From an uncultured Actinomycetes bacterium (lineage in GTDB: Bacteria; Actinomycetota; Thermoleophilia; Gaiellales; Gaiellaceae), in NCBI GenBank assembly GCA_963754715.1, contig CAVWHA010000010.1, positions 39,045 to 103,044 of the forward strand: 64,000 nucleotides of DNA, read 5' to 3'. Made by a program: the position numbers and the translations under genes. Below, in pieces: positions 57,793 through 64,000 of the stretch. The notes beneath the pieces were generated by a model. The model was not told the DNA's origin. It saw nothing but the letters and a program-made list of their open reading frames with translations, and made no database searches. The stretch's first letter is position 1, and every line of letters begins with the position of its first letter.

Positions 57793-58218
57793 CTAGCCTC
57801 GTGCCTCCACGCGCTCTTCCGACTTGCGGACGGCCGCGGTCAGGATCTCGATCGCGGTCGACGTCGGGCTGACGGTGCGGAGCCCCAGCTTCTCGTAGAC
57901 CTTCGCGCGCGCCGGATCGAGCACTCGGACGATCGTCGTCTCGATGTCGAACTGCTTCTGGGCGATCTGGCCGATGACGAGGTTCGTGTTGTCCCCGTCG
58001 GTCGCCACGACGACGGCGTCGGCCTCGTCGATGCCTGCCTCGCGCAGGACGTCGACGTCCATTCCATGGCCGACGACGAAGCCGCCCGACCAGTGCTCCC
58101 CGAGGCGTTGCAGGGCGCCTTCGTCCTCGTCGATCGTCGTGACCTCCCATCCGGTGCGATCGAGCTCCAACGCCACCGCTGAGCCGACGCGGCCACACCC
58201 GACGACGATCACCTTCAT
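57793..58218 (-). CDS. trkA: TrkA-N (RCK N-domain only) protein
   Basis: 'MKVIVVGCGRVGSAVALELDRTGWEVTTIDED'; 141 aa. Confidence 0.85.
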   Translation of the reverse strand: MKVIVVGCGRVGSAVALELDRTGWEVTTIDEDEGALQRLGEHWSGGFVVGHGMDVDVLREAGIDEADAVVVATDGDNTNLVIGQIAQKQFDIETTIVRVLDPARAKVYEKLGLRTVSPTSTAIEILTAAVRKSEERVEARG

Positions 58219-58237
58219 AGGATCGGAGGTTAGCGAC

Positions 58238-60166
58238 TCACACTGTGACGCCTGCCTCTTCCTCCTCGAGCACACCCTGCGGATACGCGATGACCATGAC
58301 CTCGCAGTCGGCGTTGCGCAGGACGTAATCGACCGTCGGACTGAAGAAACGAGACTGGCGGCGCCAGCGCGGCGCAGAGCCGAGAACGATCAGGTCGGCC
58401 GCATGCGTCTCGGATTCCTTCACGATCGCCTCGCCGATCGCCCGGGATCTGACGATCTCGGCCTGGACCGTGACGCCGTGCTCGGCGGCGAGCAGCCTGG
58501 CCTCCGCGAGCGAGGCGGCCGCCCGCTCTTCGGCTTCATGCATCGGTGCGTCGATGGGGTTTTCGAGCGGGACGGAGATCACGTGGATAGCCACGACCGC
58601 GCTGCTCTGCTCCTCGGCGAGCTTGATCGCGGTCGCCAGCACCTCCTCGCCGATCAGGCCGAGCTTCATCGGGACGAGGATCCGCTCGTAGACCCCCTCC
58701 GCGGCGGGCACGAGGTCTGGTTCCGCCGGCAGGACCCGGCCGAAGATCGGCTCTCTCCGCGAGATGCGCGTTCCGACATAGACGACCGCCCCGAACACGA
58801 GCCAGAGTGGACCGGCGATGCGCGTGGCCGAGTGCGTGGTGAGCGTGACGACCCAGATCGCAAAGGTGATCGGGGCACCGATGAGCGCCGCGAGCGGGAC
58901 GGCGGCACCGCGGATCCGGACATTTCCCGGCACGCGGAACGGGCGCTCGAGCTCGGGTTGGGTGAAGCGAAGACGGACCACGGCCAGCTGGGCGGCCGTG
59001 AACGCGAGCAGCACACCGAAGCTGAAGAGCGCCGCGAGGAACCGCACCTCCCTCCCGAGCAGTTCGCCGGCGAGCAGGAGAGCCGAGGCGATCAGCGCCG
59101 ACGCGACGATCGCGGGCGGCGCGATGAGCGTCCGCCGGTTCAGCGTCCCGAAGGCATGCGGGATCATGTCGTGCTGTCCGAGCGAGTACGCGAGCCGGCC
59201 TGCGCCCGAGATCGAGGTCGTGACGGCGGTGAGGAGGACGAGCGCGCCCGTCAGGCCGATGGCGATCCGGATCAGGTCCGCGACCAGGTCCGGCATCGGC
59301 CCGTCGAGAGCGGCCGCAAGCCCCATCAGCGGTGCGCGGAGCCAGTCGGTGCCGAGATCGCTCGCATAGCCGCCGGGCGCGCCGGGCTGGGGATGGGCCG
59401 GATACGACGAGATCCCGATCATCGCGATCGCGAACGAGACCAAGACGACTGCGCCGATGCCGGCGAACAGGCTCCGAGGCAGCGTTCGACCGGGCTCGCG
59501 GGTCTCCGCCGCAAGGTTCGCCACCGTCTCGAGCCCGGTGTAGGCCAGCATCGCAAGCGGGAGCGCGAAGGCGATCGAGTGCCATGTCGGCGCCGTGCCC
59601 AGGTCCAGGCCCTTCGACAGGCCGTTGGCCGAGAAGAGGAACGCGAACCCGAGGACGACGAGCAGGAGGTGGGAGACGAGCGCGATCCCGGCGATGATGA
59701 TCGCCGTCCGATAGAGGCTCGTCCGCCGCACGAGCCGCGTCCCGGCGACGCCCAGGATCACGATGATCCCGGCGACGAGATCCCACGGCTCGTGCGTGAG
59801 CCCTTCCCAGCCGATCGCGTGGCCGACGTAGTGCGGCACGAAGAGCCCGGCAAGGGCCATCACGATCAGGTAGTCGAGAATGAGGGCCCAGCCCGTGATG
59901 AACCCGAGGGGGTCGTTGAAGGCGCGGCGGACGAAGGTCGCGGCGCCCCCGGGCTCCGGGATCGCGCTCGTCCCCTCGGCGTACGAGAGCGCCACGAGCA
60001 GGAAGAGCAGACCGACGGCGAGCAGCACCCACGGGGTAAAGCCCAGCGCGTACAGCGCGACCACGCCGAGCGCGAAGTAGAGCGAGGAGGCGATCTCCCC
60101 GTACGCGACTGCGGCCAGCGACGGGACGTCGAGGACTCGCTGAAGTCCCGGGAGCTTCTTAGCCAC
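58238..60166 (-). CDS. APC-superfamily permease fused to a C-terminal universal stress protein (Usp) domain
   Basis: About 12 TM segments ('SLYFALGVVALYALG', 'EGTSAIPEPGGAATFVRRAFN') followed by Usp ('ILVPMKLG...AVVAIHVISVP...DLIVLGSAPR...FFSPTVDYVLRNADCEVMV'). GTG start. Confidence 0.85.
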   Translation of the reverse strand: MAKKLPGLQRVLDVPSLAAVAYGEIASSLYFALGVVALYALGFTPWVLLAVGLLFLLVALSYAEGTSAIPEPGGAATFVRRAFNDPLGFITGWALILDYLIVMALAGLFVPHYVGHAIGWEGLTHEPWDLVAGIIVILGVAGTRLVRRTSLYRTAIIIAGIALVSHLLLVVLGFAFLFSANGLSKGLDLGTAPTWHSIAFALPLAMLAYTGLETVANLAAETREPGRTLPRSLFAGIGAVVLVSFAIAMIGISSYPAHPQPGAPGGYASDLGTDWLRAPLMGLAAALDGPMPDLVADLIRIAIGLTGALVLLTAVTTSISGAGRLAYSLGQHDMIPHAFGTLNRRTLIAPPAIVASALIASALLLAGELLGREVRFLAALFSFGVLLAFTAAQLAVVRLRFTQPELERPFRVPGNVRIRGAAVPLAALIGAPITFAIWVVTLTTHSATRIAGPLWLVFGAVVYVGTRISRREPIFGRVLPAEPDLVPAAEGVYERILVPMKLGLIGEEVLATAIKLAEEQSSAVVAIHVISVPLENPIDAPMHEAEERAAASLAEARLLAAEHGVTVQAEIVRSRAIGEAIVKESETHAADLIVLGSAPRWRRQSRFFSPTVDYVLRNADCEVMVIAYPQGVLEEEEAGVTV

Positions 60167-60323
60167 GGCGCAGGCTCCGGTTGAGGTAGAGCCGCAGCGC
60201 GCCCGCGACGACGAGGAGCGCGCCGAGGATCAGCCCGCGCCCACCTCCCACTCCGGCAGCGACGGTGCGGGCGATGACGGCCGCGCCGAGCGCGATCATC
60301 AGCCAGGCGAGAGCGACCGTCAT
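60159..60323 (-). CDS. small two-TM membrane protein, translationally coupled between the two APC-Usp genes
   Basis: 54 aa: 'MTVALAWLMIALGAAVIARTVAAGVGGGRGLILGALLVVAGALRLYLNRSLRRG'. ATGA overlap with the upstream stop; its own stop overlaps the downstream GTG by 8 nt. Confidence 0.5.
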   Translation of the reverse strand: MTVALAWLMIALGAAVIARTVAAGVGGGRGLILGALLVVAGALRLYLNRSLRRG

Positions 60324-62215
60324 GCCGCCTGACGCCCTGCCGCGATCGCGACTCGGGACGGGCTGTGCTTCAGGACGTAGTCCACCGTCCTGCCGAAGAT
60401 CTTTCCTCGCGCAGTGCGTTGTCGCCGTGCGCCGAGGATCACGAGCTCGGCGTTGCGGCGCTCCGCCTCCGCGACGATCTCCGGCCCGGCAGCTCGGCCG
60501 CGGCGCAGACGCGCGACGGCCCGCACGCCGTAGGACTCGACGAACGCCACCGAGTTGTCGAGGACGTCGTCCGCCTCCTCCTCGGCGTCTGGAAGGCTGA
60601 CGTCGAGCGGCAAGTCGAGTGGGACCTCGATGACGTGGACGACGGCCACCGTCGAACCGCGCTCGGCGGCGAGCCGGGAAGCGGCGACGAGCGCTTCCTC
60701 CGTCTCGTTCGAACGGATGACCGGCACGACGATCGTCCGATAGTCGATGGTCAGCGCCGGCCCGAGCACGAATGCAGGCGCGCGCATGGTGGCGGTCAGC
60801 GGAATCCTCAGCCCCCGGCGCCGGTAGACCGCATAGCCGGCGAAGCCGAAGGCCAGCCAGCCGATCCCGGCCCATCTCGTTACCGGCTCCTGAACGACGA
60901 TCACGATCCAGGCGAGCAGCGTCCCAAGCCCGCCGACGACGGCGAAGACCGGCCAGTCGACGCCGCGAAAGCTGAGGTTCGGACGGGCGCGGTAGGCGAC
61001 CTCCTCGTCCTGCCGCCGGTAGCGCAGAGCGACGATCGACGCATGGGCCACGGTGAAGGAGAGCGTCGCGCCGAACGCATACATCGTCCCGAGGAAGTCC
61101 GTCTGCCCGGGCAGGATGGTCAGGATCGGGACCGCGCCGGCGAACACGAGCAGCGCAACCCACGGGGTCCTGAAGCGCGAGTGCAGCCTGCGAAAGCCCA
61201 GCGGCAGCTGGCGGTAGCTCGCCATCGCGTAGGTGATCCGCGAGGCGCCGATCACGCCCGCGTTCGTGGCGATGAAGAGGATCGTGGCCGCGAGCACGCC
61301 GACGTAGATCTCGAGGCCGTCGAGGAGCGTGCCAGGATCGAGCCCGAGGTTCTGCACGACGCCGAGCACCGGGTCGTTGGTGAAACCGCCGTCGTCAGGC
61401 CCGAGCCCGAGCTTCGTCACGTACTCCCCGTTCTGCTGGAAGACGGGCAGCGCCGAGAGCGCGATCGCCGGCAGGGTGAAGTAGATCGCGAAGACGGCGA
61501 GCGCGATCAGCTTGTAGGCGTTCGGGACGTTCCGAGGCGGATCGCGCACCTCTTCGGCGAGGTTCGAGACCGTCTCGACACCGGTGTAGGCGAGCATCGC
61601 GATCGGGATCGCGATGAAGAACTGGCTCCAGGTCGGCGCGACACCGAAGGAGACGTTGGAGGTCAGCGTGTCCAGGTCGAAGACGAGGAAGAACCCGAGG
61701 CCGACCAGCAGCGCCTGGGTCGCGAAGTCGACGACGGCGAGGAGGACGTTCAGGCTCGCCGCCTCTCGGACGCCGACGATGTTGATCCCGACCAGGAGCA
61801 CGACGACGATCGCGCCGCCGACGATGTCCCAGGGGTTCTCGCGCAGCGGCTCCCAGAACACGGACAGGTAGTGCGGAACGAAGAAGGCCGAGATGGCCAC
61901 GGTCGAGACGTAGACGAGCATCTGAGCCCAGGCCGCGCCGAAGCTCGCGAGCTCGTTGAAGGCGTGCCGAGCGAAGCTGGACGAACCGCCCGCCTCCGGA
62001 TAGCGCACCGTTCCCTCGGCGTAGGTCGCTGACGTCGCGGCGAAGATCAGGCCGGCGATGACGAAGACGAGCGGTGTCAGCCCGAGCGCAAACGCCGCCG
62101 TGACGCCGAGCGCGTAGTAGATCGAGGAGCCGACGTTGCCGTACGCGGTGGCAAAGAGCGCCGGCGTCCCGAGGACGCGCTCTAGACCTTGTTGCCTCCG
62201 CCGCCGTCTCGGCAC
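60320..62215 (-). CDS. APC-superfamily permease fused to a C-terminal Usp domain (paralog of 58238-60166)
   Basis: 'SIYYALGVTAAFALG', 'EGTVRYPEAGGSSSFARHAFN', and C-terminal Usp ('IVVPVIRSN...VAVVHVIEVPL...ELVILGARRQ...IFGRTVDYVLKHSPSRVAI'). GTG 62215. Confidence 0.85.
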   Translation of the reverse strand: MPRRRRRQQGLERVLGTPALFATAYGNVGSSIYYALGVTAAFALGLTPLVFVIAGLIFAATSATYAEGTVRYPEAGGSSSFARHAFNELASFGAAWAQMLVYVSTVAISAFFVPHYLSVFWEPLRENPWDIVGGAIVVVLLVGINIVGVREAASLNVLLAVVDFATQALLVGLGFFLVFDLDTLTSNVSFGVAPTWSQFFIAIPIAMLAYTGVETVSNLAEEVRDPPRNVPNAYKLIALAVFAIYFTLPAIALSALPVFQQNGEYVTKLGLGPDDGGFTNDPVLGVVQNLGLDPGTLLDGLEIYVGVLAATILFIATNAGVIGASRITYAMASYRQLPLGFRRLHSRFRTPWVALLVFAGAVPILTILPGQTDFLGTMYAFGATLSFTVAHASIVALRYRRQDEEVAYRARPNLSFRGVDWPVFAVVGGLGTLLAWIVIVVQEPVTRWAGIGWLAFGFAGYAVYRRRGLRIPLTATMRAPAFVLGPALTIDYRTIVVPVIRSNETEEALVAASRLAAERGSTVAVVHVIEVPLDLPLDVSLPDAEEEADDVLDNSVAFVESYGVRAVARLRRGRAAGPEIVAEAERRNAELVILGARRQRTARGKIFGRTVDYVLKHSPSRVAIAAGRQAA

Positions 62216-62254
62216 CGGCGCAGCTTACGCCGCACTACGGTGCGCCTTGCCGCT

Positions 62255-62540
62255 TCCCGGAAAGTCTTTCGACTTTCCGCGACCTTCCGGAAGCCGGGCC
62301 GCGCTCCGCGCGGCGCGGCGCGGCTGCCGGGCCTGACTCGGTGGGCTATCGGGCGGCTGTCTCTAGGCGAAACGGGCGAAGCCCGTTTCGCGGCAACGTT
62401 GCCGCGGAGCGGGCTTTGCCCGCTCCGCTCACAGACGTCCGGGCATCGCCGCCGAGTCAGGGCTGGCGGTCGCGCCGCGCACCGCGCAGCGGTGCCCGGC
62501 TTCCGAAAGGTCGCTCGAAGTCGCGAGACTTCGAGCGAAA
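62255..62540. repeat. ~280-bp nested imperfect palindrome (foldback element / highly structured leader)
   Basis: Symmetry centre is AAC|GTT at 62397/62398. Central hairpins at 62367-62391, 62389-62406 and 62404-62428. Arms 62258-62341 and 62452-62537 are reverse-complementary at roughly 3/4 to 4/5 of positions. Terminal sub-hairpins at 62258-62279 and 62512-62537. Confidence 0.85.
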
Positions 62541-62544
62541 ACGC

Positions 62545-64000
62545 CTAGCCGTGGATAGAGACGAGGAGCGGAATTATGAGGATGGCGACGATGTTGGTGA
62601 TCTTGATCATCGGGTTGATCGCGGGGCCGGCCGTGTCCTTGTAGGGGTCGCCGACGGTGTCGCCGGTGACCGCGGCTGCATGCGCGTCAGAGCCCTTTCC
62701 GCCGTACGCGCCGTCCTCGATCAGCTTCTTCGCGTTGTCCCAGGCGCCTCCGCCGGAAGTCATCGCGATCGCCAGGAAGATGCCCGTCACGATCGTCCCG
62801 ATCAGAAGGCCGCCGAGCATCTCGACGCTGATGATCCCGACGATGATCGGGAACAAGACCGGGATGAGGCTCGGGAGCATCATGTTCTTGATCGCCGAGC
62901 CCGTGACGATGTCGACGGCGCGGCTGTAGTCCGGGCGGCCGGTCCCCTCGAGGATCCCCGGGATCTCACGGAACTGCCGTCGCACCTCCTGCACGACCTG
63001 ACCGCCCACGCGTCCCACCGCCTGCATGGCGAGGGACGAGAAGAGGAACGGCATCAGGCCCCCGATGAAGAGGCCCGCGATCACCCAGGCATTCCCCAAC
63101 TCGAACCGGAGATTCGTCAGCCCCTCGTCGCTCAGTTCGGTCGTAAAGCCGTCGAAGAGGATCAGCGCCGCGAGTCCCGCCGAACCGATCGCATAACCCT
63201 TCGTGACCGCCTTCGTGGTGTTCCCCACGGCGTCGAGCGGATCGGTCACCGCGCGGACGGATTCATCCAGGTCGGCCATCTCCGCGATCCCGCCGGCGTT
63301 GTCGGTGACCGGTCCATACGCGTCGAGCGCGACGATCAGCCCCGTCATCGAGAGCTGCGCCATGACGGCGATGCCGATGTAGAAGAGGCCCTCGGTCGAC
63401 GTGTCGCCGATCGAGAAGGCGCCGACGATCCCGGCTGCGATGACGATGACGGGAAGCGCGGTCGCCTGCATCCCGATCGCGAGCCCTTCGATGATGTTCG
63501 TGGCGTGGCCGGTCAGGGAGGCCTTCGAGATCCCCTTCACGGGGGCCCAGCGGGTGCCGGTATAGAACTCGGTGATCGCCACGAGCAGGAACGTGATCGC
63601 CAGGCCGATCAGAGATGCACCGTAGAGCTCCCAGAAGTTGAACTTGTCGCCGTCGAACGCCGCGGTCACGGGGATGAAGAGCAACGCTGAGATCACCGTC
63701 GACGCGATGACGGCCTTGTAGAGCGCCGCCATGATCGATCCGCCGCGGCCGATCCGCGCGAAGAACGTTCCCGCGACGGAGGCGAGGATCGCCACGGCCC
63801 CGATGACGAGGGGGAAGTGGACGATCTCGGTCGACGGGAAGTTCACGGCGCCGAGGAACATCACGGCGACGAGCGTCACCGCGTAGGTCTCGAAGAGGTC
63901 GGCCGCCATCCCGGCGCAGTCGCCGACGTTGTCGCCCACGTTGTCCGCGATCACGGCGGGATTGCGCGGATCGTCCTCCGGAATCCCGGCCTCGATCTTG
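62545..64000 (-). CDS. hppA: membrane-bound H+-translocating pyrophosphatase; N-terminus lies off the right edge
   Basis: '[24 protein letters not shown]', 'GGAWDNAKK', '[20 protein letters not shown]'. The frame is open to nt 64000. Confidence 0.95.
   Translation of the reverse strand, partial: KIEAGIPEDDPRNPAVIADNVGDNVGDCAGMAADLFETYAVTLVAVMFLGAVNFPSTEIVHFPLVIGAVAILASVAGTFFARIGRGGSIMAALYKAVIASTVISALLFIPVTAAFDGDKFNFWELYGASLIGLAITFLLVAITEFYTGTRWAPVKGISKASLTGHATNIIEGLAIGMQATALPVIVIAAGIVGAFSIGDTSTEGLFYIGIAVMAQLSMTGLIVALDAYGPVTDNAGGIAEMADLDESVRAVTDPLDAVGNTTKAVTKGYAIGSAGLAALILFDGFTTELSDEGLTNLRFELGNAWVIAGLFIGGLMPFLFSSLAMQAVGRVGGQVVQEVRRQFREIPGILEGTGRPDYSRAVDIVTGSAIKNMMLPSLIPVLFPIIVGIISVEMLGGLLIGTIVTGIFLAIAMTSGGGAWDNAKKLIEDGAYGGKGSDAHAAAVTGDTVGDPYKDTAGPAINPMIKITNIVAILIIPLLVSIHG

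Noticed and set aside
57944-62032. Long plus-strand ORFs (57944-60184, 60365-62032; similarly 43925-46162 and 33671-35053) opposite the APC-Usp, uvrD and thrS genes.
   Set aside because: Their composition is dominated by Arg, Asp, Glu and Pro with no motifs. The opposite strand encodes clear, complete family members.
62216-62544. c-di-AMP (ydaO/kimA-type) riboswitch, considered because the downstream operon is APC permease plus TrkA.
   Set aside because: I transcribed the minus strand and looked for the conserved ydaO blocks as I remember them (GGGGACCCA-like, GGUGAAUC-like, CCGA...). None are present, and the region is instead a self-complementary palindrome. An Rfam RF00379 scan would settle this.

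Overview
High-GC (~70 %) actinobacterial-type chromosome segment. Gene content and the secreted-protein motif 'PTISGT..G.TLT...G.W.G' (seen once here, 9280-10068) suggest a Thermoleophilia/Solirubrobacterales-like organism, but that is inference only. Most of the window is core metabolism and translation: a 2-oxoacid dehydrogenase operon (E1a-E1b-E2...E3), argR, the classical thrS-infC-rpmI-rplT...pheS-pheT block, infA, a cold-shock gene, one tRNA-Val, uvrD/pcrA and an H+-pyrophosphatase. Accessory content includes a ~2,500-aa secreted PKD/Ig-repeat/RTX adhesin, two tandem ECF sigma/anti-sigma fusion genes, a tandem cupredoxin protein and several transporters. Four things stand out. (1) A canonical cobalamin riboswitch drives a six-gene, translationally coupled ECF importer operon. 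It carries two DUF4430 proteins plus an alpha/alpha-toroid (prenyltransferase-repeat) protein, which are the two halves of the transcobalamin/intrinsic-factor fold encoded as separate extracytoplasmic proteins. (2) A 371-aa class-1 intein sits in helicase motif III of UvrD/PcrA, with an insert domain that is not obviously LAGLIDADG or HNH. (3) A ~280-bp nested imperfect palindrome with compensatory changes in its sub-hairpins lies between hppA and an APC-Usp/TrkA operon. (4) There are at least 11 single-base frameshifts, clustered at 23.5-29.2 kb and 41.3-49.3 kb. They hit essential genes (pheS, pheT, uvrD), so assembly indel errors are the most parsimonious explanation. I saw no CRISPR array, transposase, integrase or rRNA. 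All functional calls come from motif recognition by eye; no database search or folding program was run.
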